IMG/VR virus record: IMGVR_UViG_2531839531_000013 | Span: 1-36,622 of that record | Length of the DNA: 36,622 nt | DNA from: a virus | Taxonomy: Duplodnaviria > Heunggongvirae > Uroviricota > Caudoviricetes | Strand: one strand, 5' to 3' | Notes under the pieces: model-generated | The model's input: only the letters and a program-made list of their open reading frames with translations | What the model was told of the DNA's origin: nothing | Database searches by the model: none | Program-made: the position numbers and the translations under genes | In this document: positions 25,618-35,036 of the stretch, piece after piece | How the letters are laid out: the number at the start of each line of letters is the position of its first letter | Numbering within the stretch: position 1 is the stretch's first letter

Positions 25618-25806
25618 TCAGCTGATGACATCCATTGAGCGGTTGTATTCGTGGGTTCTGATTTTTGCCATGAGTTCATCTGTCAGTTCAGAAACCCACT
25701 GCAAAGCCAGCCCCTTCTCTTCATCACTACACTCACTAGCCGCTACAAGTTTAAGAAAAAAATCAATGCGCTGGAGCTTCAAAGACTCCAAAAAATAGTC
25801 CTGCAT
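25618..25806 (-). CDS. Small SOS-controlled protein (62 aa), possible Tum-like antirepressor N-part
   Basis: AGGAGG lies 5 nt upstream of ATG 25806. It is the first gene after the LexA box and sits 10 nt upstream of the DinI-like gene. Confidence 0.5.
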   Translation of the reverse strand: MQDYFLESLKLQRIDFFLKLVAASECSDEEKGLALQWVSELTDELMAKIRTHEYNRSMDVIS

Positions 25807-25847
25807 CTTTCCTCCTATGACACCACAAGCAATACTGTATGTATAAC

Positions 25848-25867
25848 CACTGTTTATATTTACAGTA
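25848..25867. promoter_or_regulatory. LexA (SOS) box
   Basis: caCTGTttatatttACAGta is a perfect CTGT-N8-ACAG, about 45 bp upstream of ATG 25806 in an AT-rich promoter region. Confidence 0.8.
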
Positions 25868-25959
25868 TATAATAATCTTACTGATGTAAAACGTTTTTTT
25901 ACGTTCATCAGCCTGATATGCCTGGTATTATTAAGAGCACGAATTGTTAACCCGCGTAA

Positions 25960-28374
25960 TTAATACAGGTTTCGCCACTTATCATCTTCCTGCAAACGCT
26001 GGTTCCGATAGAAGATACGCAGGCCTGCTCCTGACGGAATACTGCCGCCGCGAAGGAGTAAATCGACCTCTTTCTCGCTGCCATCAAATCCTCTGGACTT
26101 CAGTTCATAGACGAGCTGCTGTCGCTGATGGTCTGTAATTCGCTGTTTGTAGTCTTTACGCCGTTTCGGTTTCACCAGGCGTAACCTTGCAGCCAGTTCC
26201 CGGCGCTCTTTTTTGCTCATACTGTGCAGGTAATCATGCAACTCCTTGTCATCCATGCGGGTAATGTCCGTCCTGGTATCCCCATCAGCTGATTTGTCTT
26301 TCCCTTGTTGGTTCAAATTTTCAGCAAGGGGACAGTTATTGCCACGAGTCCAAGGGGCGCAAGCGCCCTGGTCGGCTGCCGCCTCCTGAACGTCAACGGC
26401 TTTACGAACCATTTTCCACTTCACTGCATGAGTGCAGATCTTGCCCTCTGCAATGGGTGACCAGATGCCATAAATACGAATACCATGATCGCCATAGGCG
26501 GTCGGCTCTTCGTTAATTTCATAAGCAGTTCTGATGAGGTGATATTTACGGGGAACCAGTACACCTCCCTGCTTCATGATATAGGTGGCAAAACAACCAG
26601 CATCAGCAGCAGCCAGAATGGCATCAAGGCGCGGGTTATCCAGTACCGGCACACCTGCTTTTTTGTCACCCTGCTGCCTTGCCGCCTGACCAGCCAGCAA
26701 TCGCAGTTCACGGTAAGCCTGACGCCCCGGAATGCCAAAGAAGCGGAATTGCTGAACACGATGCAAAGACGCCCAGGCATTCACGTATTCAGCATTATCA
26801 CGCAGAGATTTACCCGTTTCCTTGCTGATCTCGCCAGCCAGACCACGCCCGTCAATGTTCTTGCTGATATATTTCGCGATGTAGCTTGTCGGCGTTCCTT
26901 TGCGCGGGTTAATCAACTCAGACTTAAAGCGTGGTCCCGTGTTATTCCCCAGCTCCTCGCGGTCTTCACGAATGGCAAACTTACGCAACAAAGCAGTAAT
27001 GGCGCGGCGATCTTTTTTGCGCATAAAACACAACAGGTGCCAGTGAACTGTACCGTCATGATGCGGCTCAGCCACCCGCACGCCATACCAGCGCAATCCG
27101 GCTTTGTGCATAGCCTTACGAAATGCAGCAAACATGCCGACCAGATAATCGCTGCTTTGTCTTACTGTCGCGTTGGTCCAGGTCGGGTTTGGCCTGCCGT
27201 TATTTAGCGTGGAATGGAAACGTGACGGACAGGTGATGGTGTAGAAAACGGCGCAGTCACCACGCATTTCCGCGATAAGCTCCAGACCTTTAACGCAGGC
27301 CATCATCTCATTGCGGCGATGCGCCGGGTTGCTGCTGCTGGCGTTTACCACATCCTCCATGTCCAGCATGTCGCCGTCTTCGTTCACCAGTTCATGAGAA
27401 CGGAAAAACTCCAGAGACTTACGGCGCTGCTCACGTTTATGCATCACGGCTTCATAGCTGACATAGGGAGATGCTTTTTTGCTGACCAGACAGACAGCAC
27501 GCAACTGCTCTTCCCGCCATTCGCAACGCATCTTCCATAATTTCCGATACCACCAGTCGGCGCACAGCATACGCGCCAGCGAACCCGGAATGAGTTCATA
27601 GGGCACAGGTTTGCGGCGGTTTCTTTTCCGGCGGAGTTGCTCAAACGCAGGCGGTATGACATCCAGTCGCAGGGTTTCTGCTGCCACCTTTTCCCATGTC
27701 TTGCGGATTTCTTCCGGCTTAACATCATCGGAGGCGTACAAATCACCACAAGCGGCATCAAGACACATGCTCATATGCGCAGCGACAAGGGTGGACAGGC
27801 GTTTCACCTGATCCTGACTCATTTCAGGCAGGATCAGCAGACCGTCCAGCCCTTCATGGCTTGCCATAAAACGAAAAGATGCAGATAGCTGGCTGTCGCG
27901 TACATGCTCCAGTCGTTCCAGGCATGGCTTAATCGTCTCACGCAAATAGCGGGAATAAGCCTTTGGCCTGCCCAGGTTGCTGAAGTATTTAATACGTTGC
28001 ATCAGCGGCTTGCTGATATGGGAAGGCTGGGCGTTGACATCCGCCAGAATGACCATATCCGGATTAAAACGCTGCTGCTCATGCGCCAGCTTTGCCCGGC
28101 TAATTAGCTTATCCTGCTCCATTTCGCGCTGGACAGGATCACGGGATTCATTAAAGAAATAACGCTCCCAGACCTGATCACTCAGTGCCTCGCGGCGCAG
28201 TTGTTCCTGCTCGTTATCGGCAGCGTACAGAGTGATCAGGTTTGAAAGCGCAGAAACCGGCGCAACTTCCGCCGGGTCCAGATAAGGGTTAATGGCCTTT
28301 TTCGGGCTGTTCCATGAGAATGCTGCGGCAGCCTCGTTAAAGCCGCAGCAGTTGTTCATATCGGCATGACTCAT
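25960..28374 (-). CDS. A: Replication initiation endonuclease gpA (HUH rolling-circle type)
   Basis: 804 aa with the HUH motif TVHWHLLCF and the Tyr motif [12 protein letters not shown]. Confidence 0.9.
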   Translation of the reverse strand: MSHADMNNCCGFNEAAAAFSWNSPKKAINPYLDPAEVAPVSALSNLITLYAADNEQEQLRREALSDQVWERYFFNESRDPVQREMEQDKLISRAKLAHEQQRFNPDMVILADVNAQPSHISKPLMQRIKYFSNLGRPKAYSRYLRETIKPCLERLEHVRDSQLSASFRFMASHEGLDGLLILPEMSQDQVKRLSTLVAAHMSMCLDAACGDLYASDDVKPEEIRKTWEKVAAETLRLDVIPPAFEQLRRKRNRRKPVPYELIPGSLARMLCADWWYRKLWKMRCEWREEQLRAVCLVSKKASPYVSYEAVMHKREQRRKSLEFFRSHELVNEDGDMLDMEDVVNASSSNPAHRRNEMMACVKGLELIAEMRGDCAVFYTITCPSRFHSTLNNGRPNPTWTNATVRQSSDYLVGMFAAFRKAMHKAGLRWYGVRVAEPHHDGTVHWHLLCFMRKKDRRAITALLRKFAIREDREELGNNTGPRFKSELINPRKGTPTSYIAKYISKNIDGRGLAGEISKETGKSLRDNAEYVNAWASLHRVQQFRFFGIPGRQAYRELRLLAGQAARQQGDKKAGVPVLDNPRLDAILAAADAGCFATYIMKQGGVLVPRKYHLIRTAYEINEEPTAYGDHGIRIYGIWSPIAEGKICTHAVKWKMVRKAVDVQEAAADQGACAPWTRGNNCPLAENLNQQGKDKSADGDTRTDITRMDDKELHDYLHSMSKKERRELAARLRLVKPKRRKDYKQRITDHQRQQLVYELKSRGFDGSEKEVDLLLRGGSIPSGAGLRIFYRNQRLQEDDKWRNLY

Positions 28375-29228
28375 GCACGTACTCCGTACACGGCAGAACT
28401 GTCCACGCCACGCGAATAATCAAATCCCACCCAGCAGCGCGGCCCGGAAACAGCAATGATTTCTGTTGCTGATTTACCCTCGCCAGCTGCCACACCGATG
28501 CTGCGTTTTGCTTTGATGTAGTGGTGGGTGAAATTGCGATACAACGAACGGATCAGGGATGTGTCACTGTTAGAAACAATGACCGGATGTCCTTCTGATA
28601 ACCGATGTTCAAGAACGGATGCCAGGTGATACTGGTCATCTTCAGTGAAACCATCAGTGTGATAGCCGGAAAACGTACCGTCATACGGCGGATCGCAATA
28701 CACCACATCCCCCGCCTTCAACATCGCCAGCGTTTCATCAAAGCTGGCGCAGATAAACGTTGCTCGCTGGGCTTTTTCTGCAAATGCGCGAATTTCTTTT
28801 TCAGGGAAATACGGATTTTTATAATTACCGTAGGGAATGTTGAAATGCCCGCTCTTGTTATAGCGACATAAACCACGGTAACCGTGACGATTGAGATACA
28901 GGAAATATACCGCTTTCATGAAATCAGTAATTTCAGTTGAGTAATTAAACTCCTGCCTTATGTTGTAATAAGCCACCTCCCTGTTTGCTTCCTCAAATAA
29001 AGCTCTGGCGCGAGATATAAACGATTCACAATCAGCAGCAACCTTTTTATAGAGGTTGATTAAATCAGGATTAATATCCGCAACAAGATAGCTGGGGTAC
29101 TCCGTCTCCATCATCACAGCACAGGAACCCGCGAAAGGTTCAACCAGTCGCGGGCCAGCAGGAAGATGCTTTTTCAGTTCGGACATAATGGCGGTTTTAT
29201 TTCCCGCCCATTTCAGGATGGTGCTCAT
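28371..29228 (-). CDS. dam: DNA adenine methyltransferase (Dam family, orphan)
   Basis: [17 protein letters not shown] (SAM-binding) and DPPY motifs. The start is taken at MSTILKW (GGAGG SD), overlapping the upstream stop. Confidence 0.9.
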   Translation of the reverse strand: MSTILKWAGNKTAIMSELKKHLPAGPRLVEPFAGSCAVMMETEYPSYLVADINPDLINLYKKVAADCESFISRARALFEEANREVAYYNIRQEFNYSTEITDFMKAVYFLYLNRHGYRGLCRYNKSGHFNIPYGNYKNPYFPEKEIRAFAEKAQRATFICASFDETLAMLKAGDVVYCDPPYDGTFSGYHTDGFTEDDQYHLASVLEHRLSEGHPVIVSNSDTSLIRSLYRNFTHHYIKAKRSIGVAAGEGKSATEIIAVSGPRCWVGFDYSRGVDSSAVYGVRA

Positions 29229-29452
29229 ACAGCACCTCCGTTGTAATGTTTGCCTTTCAGCTCTGCGATTTCCTGACAGGTAATGCAAAGCTGCACACCC
29301 GGAATGGCGCGGCGGCGTGCTGGCGGAATTGGCGCTTCACACTCAATGCAAAGCACGCGGGACACGCCCGGCGTTTTGGCACGGGCAGAACGGATATGGC
29401 GCTGGCGTTCTTCTTCAACGCGCTGCTGTACGAGATCCATTGCATCAGCCAT
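29225..29452 (-). CDS. TraR/DksA-family zinc-finger protein
   Basis: C-terminal CIECEAPIPPARRRAIPGVQLCITCQ is a four-Cys finger. Confidence 0.8.
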   Translation of the reverse strand: MADAMDLVQQRVEEERQRHIRSARAKTPGVSRVLCIECEAPIPPARRRAIPGVQLCITCQEIAELKGKHYNGGAV

Positions 29453-29691
29453 TAGTGGATCTCCTGCGCTTCGTTCTGGATTGCTTCAGCTGCCACACGC
29501 AGCAGTTCAGCCGCTTCAACGTGGTTTAGCTGGCGGGATGTGATATGGCACGCAAGGCTATCAAGGCGAGCTGCCATTGCTTCAGCTCTTGCCCGGCGTT
29601 CTTCCAGACGAGCCTCTGTCAGTAAAATATTAAGCCCTGCATCATCCGGTCCGGTTTTAGTCGTGAGGGTTTCAATATTACGCATAATCAA
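29452..29691 (-). CDS. Hypothetical early protein (79 aa)
   Basis: An ORF in the early operon, ATG-coupled to its neighbours. I recognise no motif. Confidence 0.5.
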   Translation of the reverse strand: MIMRNIETLTTKTGPDDAGLNILLTEARLEERRARAEAMAARLDSLACHITSRQLNHVEAAELLRVAAEAIQNEAQEIH

Positions 29692-29752
29692 TTCTCCTGA
29701 ATTTAGCTAAAGGGATACCCGGCGGGTTTACGCCATGAATTTCATTAGTTGG

Positions 29753-30094
29753 TTAATTCGGCATGGTTAGCCGTCTGGGAAATAAGCTCACCACTGCACG
29801 AAAATGATTCATTGCTTTAATCAGCTCCCGCTTTTCGTCAGTGGTCAGCTCATTAATGCTGATGCTATGACGTTCAGCTGGAATTTTTGCCATAAAGAAT
29901 ATAGCAGCCAGTGCCCGTTTATTTTGTTCATTATTGATATCCCGTGGATCACGCATATCTTTAATAAACCGCTCCAGCTCTGACTCAATATTCAGGCCAA
30001 AAACTTTCGCCCTTAACTCCGCAATATGATTAAGTCCATTCAGGCGTTCACCGGGTCTTAATGGAACAGTCGCCGCAGCGCCTTCAATAGCCAT
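29753..30094 (-). CDS. Hypothetical early protein (113 aa)
   Basis: An ORF in the early operon. I recognise no motif. Confidence 0.5.
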   Translation of the reverse strand: MAIEGAAATVPLRPGERLNGLNHIAELRAKVFGLNIESELERFIKDMRDPRDINNEQNKRALAAIFFMAKIPAERHSISINELTTDEKRELIKAMNHFRAVVSLFPRRLTMPN

Positions 30095-30258
30095 TGGTTC
30101 CCCCGTTTTTTCGTTGATAGTTCTGCCAGCAATTCATCTTGCGAACGGCACGGATGCCAGCGTTTACCATCCTCACCCATGATCCAGCCGTGACCGTAGT
30201 GCATTGCCGGACTTTGTTTTACCAGCAGCGATGCAAATGATGGTTCTTTCGTCAGCAT
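30058..30258 (-). CDS. Small early protein in the position of 186 fil
   Basis: The start is taken at MLTKEPSF (GAGGTG SD), just after the cII stop. The assignment is by position only. Confidence 0.4.
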   Translation of the reverse strand: MLTKEPSFASLLVKQSPAMHYGHGWIMGEDGKRWHPCRSQDELLAELSTKKRGNQWLLKALRRLFH

Positions 30259-30265
30259 AAGCACC

Positions 30266-30775
30266 TCACAGCAAACCGAATGAAGCACCGAGGCCAGTCA
30301 CGGTATCAACTGCACTCGCCATCGCAGGATTAGCCTGTAAACGGGCCTGCAATGAAACAGCAGCCAGCGCCATCAGTCGTGTAACAGAGTTAATGCTGCT
30401 GATCGCATCACGACGGCCTACACTGGTTTTTACATCGCCAGAAACCGCACCTGCCGCGACACGCCCTATCTCTGCAGTTGCACTCATGACGTAATGCGGC
30501 AGTTTCTCTTTTGCCACCTCATTAATCGGTACACATGGCAGGCAGTGAATCTGTGCCAGAAAACCGTCTACCAGCGTTGAATCTTCCGTCAGATCGGTAA
30601 GTAGCCAGATATCTGGCGCATTGAGCTGATGCGGTTGATCTGGGTTGAGTTTGTTTCGCAGAGTCTGGACATTCATTCCTGCACGTTCTGCCAGCTTCGC
30701 CATATTGTGACGAAGTGCAAAAGCTCTACAGGCTTCATCAAAATGCGGGTGTTTGGAAATCTTATAATCAAACAT
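30266..30775 (-). CDS. cII: CII-like lysogeny establishment regulator (186 type)
   Basis: 169 aa with the HTH region MAKLAERAGMNVQTLRNKLN. It is the second gene of the pR operon after apl, as in 186. Confidence 0.8.
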   Translation of the reverse strand: MFDYKISKHPHFDEACRAFALRHNMAKLAERAGMNVQTLRNKLNPDQPHQLNAPDIWLLTDLTEDSTLVDGFLAQIHCLPCVPINEVAKEKLPHYVMSATAEIGRVAAGAVSGDVKTSVGRRDAISSINSVTRLMALAAVSLQARLQANPAMASAVDTVTGLGASFGLL

Positions 30776-30807
30776 GCTACCCCCTTAGAAAGTTCTCATA
30801 ATTGAAC

Positions 30808-31050
30808 TTACTTACCAACAATGACGCGGAAGTTGGAATGTCCGAGGGATTCACGGACCTGATCAGTTTTGTACATCAGATAACGCAGACTTACGCGGCC
30901 TTTGTTTTTTTCTTTCTTGACCATGTACTTAGCAAGTTGACCATGGTGAATTTTTTGGTAAACAGAGCCGCGGGAAATGCCCTCCCACTCTGCGAACTCT
31001 GCAGGTGTTGCCATCTCTTTTGGTACACGAATTGAAATATCAGTACTCAT
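30808..31050 (-). CDS. apl: Apl/Cox-like excisionase-regulator
   Basis: 80 aa, HTH-like, the first gene transcribed from pR and divergent from cI. Confidence 0.7.
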   Translation of the reverse strand: MSTDISIRVPKEMATPAEFAEWEGISRGSVYQKIHHGQLAKYMVKKEKNKGRVSLRYLMYKTDQVRESLGHSNFRVIVGK

Positions 31051-31129
31051 AGTGCAGTATCTCTTACTTTGTGTGCGTGTTAGTTCGTTTTAGCCCGTCT
31101 CTTAAACTCTCACATCAAGAGACAAGAAA

Positions 31130-31158
31130 ACATTACGATCTTGATTCAAGATTGTCAA
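31130..31158 (-). promoter_or_regulatory. Putative lytic promoter pR with an operator palindrome in the spacer
   Basis: On the minus strand: TTGACA (31158-31153), a 17-nt spacer, then TAATGT (31135-31130). The spacer contains the perfect palindrome ATCTTGAtTCAAGAT (31138-31152). Confidence 0.55.
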
Positions 31159-31171
31159 ATGGAGATTACCA

Positions 31172-31804
31172 ATGTTAAACATCAGAATGGGTTCCGATAC
31201 GGGAGGTAAAGCAGCTATTGAGAGGCTGCTTGCGGCTTATGGATTCACAACTAAGCAGGCATTAAGTGAGCACCTGAATGTCTCAAAAAGCACTATGGCA
31301 AACAGAGTGTTACGTGACAGCTTTCCTGCTGACTGGATAATTCAGTGCGCACTAGAAACCGGTGTTTCGTTGCTTTGGTTAGCTACAGGACAGGGAAGCA
31401 TGAAAGCAGGATCTGAGACTGAAAAAAGATCTCATAATGAGAACAAACAAGCAATTAAACCGTTATCTAAACTCATAACTCCATCTATTCCTAAAGGAAC
31501 CTTGGAGAATGGACAACTCAGTATTGATGAAGAGATTTTCCTAGACCACAGCATATTACCTGCAAATTATGAAGAATCGATGTTCTTAGAAACCCCTACT
31601 GATTGTTATCTCATCGATAAATCAGTTAAACAAGTCAGCAATGGATTCTGGCTTATCAATATTGATGGAATGATTATTATTGCAAAAATTATGCGGATTC
31701 CCGGCAATAAGATTGTAGTAAATCAAGATGAAGCGTCTTTCGAGTGCTCTGCTGATGATGTGGAAGTTATTGGGCGTGCAGTCAAAGTAATAAAGAGTAT
31801 CTAA
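31172..31804 (+). CDS. cI: CI-like immunity repressor (186 type)
   Basis: 210 aa with an N-terminal HTH (TTKQALSEHLNVSKSTMANRV) and a C-terminal oligomerisation domain. It lies upstream of, and is co-oriented with, int. Confidence 0.8.
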   Translation: MLNIRMGSDTGGKAAIERLLAAYGFTTKQALSEHLNVSKSTMANRVLRDSFPADWIIQCALETGVSLLWLATGQGSMKAGSETEKRSHNENKQAIKPLSKLITPSIPKGTLENGQLSIDEEIFLDHSILPANYEESMFLETPTDCYLIDKSVKQVSNGFWLINIDGMIIIAKIMRIPGNKIVVNQDEASFECSADDVEVIGRAVKVIKSI

Positions 31805-31806
31805 AC

Positions 31807-32823
31807 ATGACTGTCAGAAAACAGCCAAACGGCAAATGGTTGTGTGAGTGCTATCCCAATGGACGCAATGGCAAGCGCGTGCGTAAGCAATTTGCTACGA
31901 AAGGAGAAGCCATTGCTTTTGAAAGCTTCACAATGGAAGAAGTGAATAAAAAACCGTGGCTAGGTGAAAAGGATGATCGGCGACGCCTATCAGAATTAAT
32001 TGAGCTTTGGTATTCCCTGTATGGCCAGACACTCGCAGACCCCAAGCGCCTCATGGCGAAACTTAGAATTATCTGTAATGGTCTAGGCGACCCCATCGCC
32101 TCAGAACTGACAGCCGGTGACTTTACAAAATACCGCGAAGCACGGTTAAAAGGCGACGTTCGTAACGAAGACGGCACACTAATGTCGCCAGTAAAACCAC
32201 GCACGGTGAATCTTGAGCAACGTAACCTATCATCGGTTTTCGGCACATTGAAAAAACTAGGCCACTGGTCAGCACCAAATCCTCTCGCCGGGCTGCCAAC
32301 ATTTAAAATCGCTGAGGGGGAACTGGCGTTCCTGACCTCGGAAGAAATTAAACGTCTGCTAGATGCCTGCGCTGATTCTCAAAACCCCAGTCTGCTTTTG
32401 ATTGCAAAAATATGCCTGGCCACCGGCGCACGCTGGAGTGAAGCCGAAAACCTGCAGGGCCATCAGTTATCTAAATACCGCATCACTTATACCAAGACGA
32501 AGGGCAAGAAAAACCGCACCGTGCCGATATCTCAAGATCTGTATGACGAACTCCCCAAGAACAGAGGGAAGCTATTCACCCCGTGCAGAAAAGCCTTTGA
32601 ACGGGCAGTAAAGCGAGCTGGCATCGAGCTGCCAGAGGGCCAATGCACTCACGTGCTACGTCATACATTCGCCAGTCATTTTATGATGAATGGCGGAAAC
32701 ATACTGGTCCTACGCGATATTCTGGGCCATGCCGATATAAAAATGACGATGATTTACGCCCACTTTTCGCCGGATCATCTTGAAGATGCAGTTACTAAAA
32801 ACCCTTTATGCAACTTAAGATAG
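31807..32823 (+). CDS. int: Tyrosine integrase (P2/186 family)
   Basis: 338 aa with ATGARWSEA (Arg), HVLRHTFASH (HxxR) and LGHADIKMTMIYAH (His/Tyr). Confidence 0.9.
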   Translation: MTVRKQPNGKWLCECYPNGRNGKRVRKQFATKGEAIAFESFTMEEVNKKPWLGEKDDRRRLSELIELWYSLYGQTLADPKRLMAKLRIICNGLGDPIASELTAGDFTKYREARLKGDVRNEDGTLMSPVKPRTVNLEQRNLSSVFGTLKKLGHWSAPNPLAGLPTFKIAEGELAFLTSEEIKRLLDACADSQNPSLLLIAKICLATGARWSEAENLQGHQLSKYRITYTKTKGKKNRTVPISQDLYDELPKNRGKLFTPCRKAFERAVKRAGIELPEGQCTHVLRHTFASHFMMNGGNILVLRDILGHADIKMTMIYAHFSPDHLEDAVTKNPLCNLR

Positions 32824-32908
32824 AGTAACTTATGAAAATAAACTCAAATTATTTACAAATATAATATTCAGCAGGTTATCCATTCTTATTTAACTCTTCA
32901 GACTGAGA

Positions 32909-33130
32909 TTAGATTTTATTTATAGAATAAGATAATTTCATATCACAAAAAACCTGTAAGCCCTCATCTTTGTTGTATAAAAACATAAAAGATGCCATAT
33001 TTAAAAAAGTAGAAAAGCATTGCAATGCAACATTAAAAATAAACCAATAAAAACCAGTCATTAGAAAATGAAAAAAAACAAAAACATTTTTTATCAAAGC
33101 TTCAGTCTGACTACTAGTTTGACTCTGCAA
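32909..33130 (-). CDS. Possible small hydrophobic protein (73 codons, non-ATG start)
   Basis: An open frame that is unusually long for such AT-rich DNA. Two hydrophobic stretches (VFVFFHFLMTGFYWFIFNVAL, FSTFLNMASFMFLY). TTG start, no clear SD. Confidence 0.25.
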   Translation of the reverse strand: MQSQTSSQTEALIKNVFVFFHFLMTGFYWFIFNVALQCFSTFLNMASFMFLYNKDEGLQVFCDMKLSYSINKI

Positions 33131-33137
33131 TTAACTA

Positions 33138-33169
33138 TCAAGATGATCAATATTTATTGATCATCTTGA
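33138..33169. repeat. 32-bp near-perfect palindrome with two GATC sites
   Basis: tcaagatgatcaata-tt-tattgatcatcttga, located 33 bp downstream of the deaminase stop. There is no flanking T-run. Confidence 0.7.
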
Positions 33170-33201
33170 AGTTGCCCTCAGGAAAGATGAGTATAATATT
33201 T

Positions 33202-34935
33202 CTACTCAAGAAGATATTCTAACTCATCTTTTATCGGGATAACTTGCTCATAAAGTCGGTGATATGACTTCCCAATTGCGCCTCTGAATTGTATTAACTT
33301 TGGTGGCTTGTTACCTATATTAATAATATGGTCTTGAGCTATACCTGGGTAGGGATCAATAAATACAATTTCAGATATACCTAACTGATAAGCTTTTTTC
33401 GCACACAGCTCACAGGGACTGGCAGTTGTATATAACCTCCCCCCCTGAACGCCAATGCCACCATATTTTGCAAGTTGTAAAAATGCGTTTTCCTCAGCAT
33501 GTAATGCACGTGTATGAACTTGATTACCTTTTTTATCTTTATCAAGATCATTATGTATATCTTTAAAACAATAAGATAAGTTCCTGCCTCTATAAATATC
33601 ACCAGTTTTATCTATCGCCCTAAAATTTAATAGTTTCTCATTAGCTTTAATTCTGAAAGAACTATTATTTCTCTCATAATGACTGTACACTTTTTCATCA
33701 AAGTCGTTCATTAGGCCATCTAGCGATCTCATAGAGCAAGGAATCTGACCGTTGGCGACATCATTCCAACCCACTGATTTTATTGAATTTTCACCATCAG
33801 TTACTACAGCTCCCACCTGTCTAGATATACAACCAGAGTTTAATTTTACCGTATACGCAACTTGCATAACCCTTTCCATTGCAGTAGGTGTTATCAGACC
33901 AGGATGCTTCATCAGTGCGATGTACCACGCTAATTGTGCTTTTAAAATATTGTCATTATCAAATTCATTTTTTGGGTTAAAAATGTGTATATCTGATAGT
34001 TCAATGCATTTAGTTACATTTGGATTAGTGAGATGTTTGTAAGAGTTATCACCTTTACCTGACTCTACAGAATCTATTTCCTCTATCTGCTTTTCAGAAA
34101 ACTTATGTAGTTTCCGCAAATAGTTTGTTCGATGTTCATCTGGGGCATTTATTGACATTAAATGAAATGCAGAATATCTATCCTTAAAAAATTTTGCTTC
34201 ATATGGATTTCTAATAGCATCTATGACAATTAATGCGTTATCTCTTTTGCTTTTTCTTATTAATTTAATAACCCTATTAATAGTTTCCGGCAAATGAAAA
34301 ACAGATTTAGGTATAAACTCTTTATCTTCAAAATCGACTTCAATACGCCCACGGCGTCTAATTGACTTACCTGCTAACTGATAGACTGAAACATATAAAT
34401 TTGAGTTTATCGCATTTAGTTCAGCTTTGAATTCCTTAGTAAATTTTCTAACTAACCTCAAAATTGATATAAATTTATTAATCGTTTTTTCATTAAGCTT
34501 CAATTCACTATTATGATCAAGCAAATTCTCAATTACATTTTTAAATCTTGTTAAAATGAGATTATCTGAAAATACACCAAAAGTTAATACATTATCTAAA
34601 TGCTCTTTACTGATAGATTTATTAGATGATAGAATAAACTCAGAAGCTTCTTCAACTGTTAACATCAAAAGATACGCTGAGATTAGGTCACTCACCTTAA
34701 TTGAGTAAAAATTTTCCCAGTGATTTTCTGCGAATTTTTTAACTATATTATAACGATGGACATCCAATCCCTTGTAAAAACCCTGTAATTTACTTACATC
34801 AGGGAAGACTGTTTTTTCGTTTTCAAGAATATTAGCTGTTGTTGTGCAACCAGAACCAGTTCGACCTGTCAAACCGACTAAAATAAACTGCCCATTTTCA
34901 AGGAAAAGCTCACTAACGAATTTTTTTTCTTTCAT
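33202..34935 (-). CDS. P-loop kinase-like + cytidine/dCMP deaminase fusion (dCTP-deaminase type anti-phage protein)
   Basis: N-terminal Walker A GLTGRTGSGCTT. C-terminal zinc-deaminase motifs RQVGAVV, HAEENA and PCELCAKK. The region is very AT-rich (for example, 34441-34500 has 11 G/C in 60 nt). ATG 34935 is preferred over GTG 34938. Confidence 0.85.
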   Translation of the reverse strand: MKEKKFVSELFLENGQFILVGLTGRTGSGCTTTANILENEKTVFPDVSKLQGFYKGLDVHRYNIVKKFAENHWENFYSIKVSDLISAYLLMLTVEEASEFILSSNKSISKEHLDNVLTFGVFSDNLILTRFKNVIENLLDHNSELKLNEKTINKFISILRLVRKFTKEFKAELNAINSNLYVSVYQLAGKSIRRRGRIEVDFEDKEFIPKSVFHLPETINRVIKLIRKSKRDNALIVIDAIRNPYEAKFFKDRYSAFHLMSINAPDEHRTNYLRKLHKFSEKQIEEIDSVESGKGDNSYKHLTNPNVTKCIELSDIHIFNPKNEFDNDNILKAQLAWYIALMKHPGLITPTAMERVMQVAYTVKLNSGCISRQVGAVVTDGENSIKSVGWNDVANGQIPCSMRSLDGLMNDFDEKVYSHYERNNSSFRIKANEKLLNFRAIDKTGDIYRGRNLSYCFKDIHNDLDKDKKGNQVHTRALHAEENAFLQLAKYGGIGVQGGRLYTTASPCELCAKKAYQLGISEIVFIDPYPGIAQDHIINIGNKPPKLIQFRGAIGKSYHRLYEQVIPIKDELEYLLE

Positions 34936-35017
34936 CACGTCCCACTTATGAATGTAAGAATATTCAACATATTAATTATAATTTATTAACTCATTTTGTT
35001 CTAGATACTTGATGTAA

Positions 35018-35036
35018 TGGCGGCACTTTGGCGACG
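35018..35036 (+). repeat. Putative Int arm-type binding sites (TGGCGGCA / TGGCGACG, 11-bp phasing)
   Basis: Same octamer family, orientation and phasing as 451-469, about 100 bp from the att core. Confidence 0.4.

Noticed and set aside
32896-33110. Two short palindromes, cttcagActga (about 32896-32906) and cttcagTctga (about 33100-33110).
   Set aside because: They are only 9-11 bp in very AT-rich DNA, so chance occurrence is plausible, and no associated feature was found.
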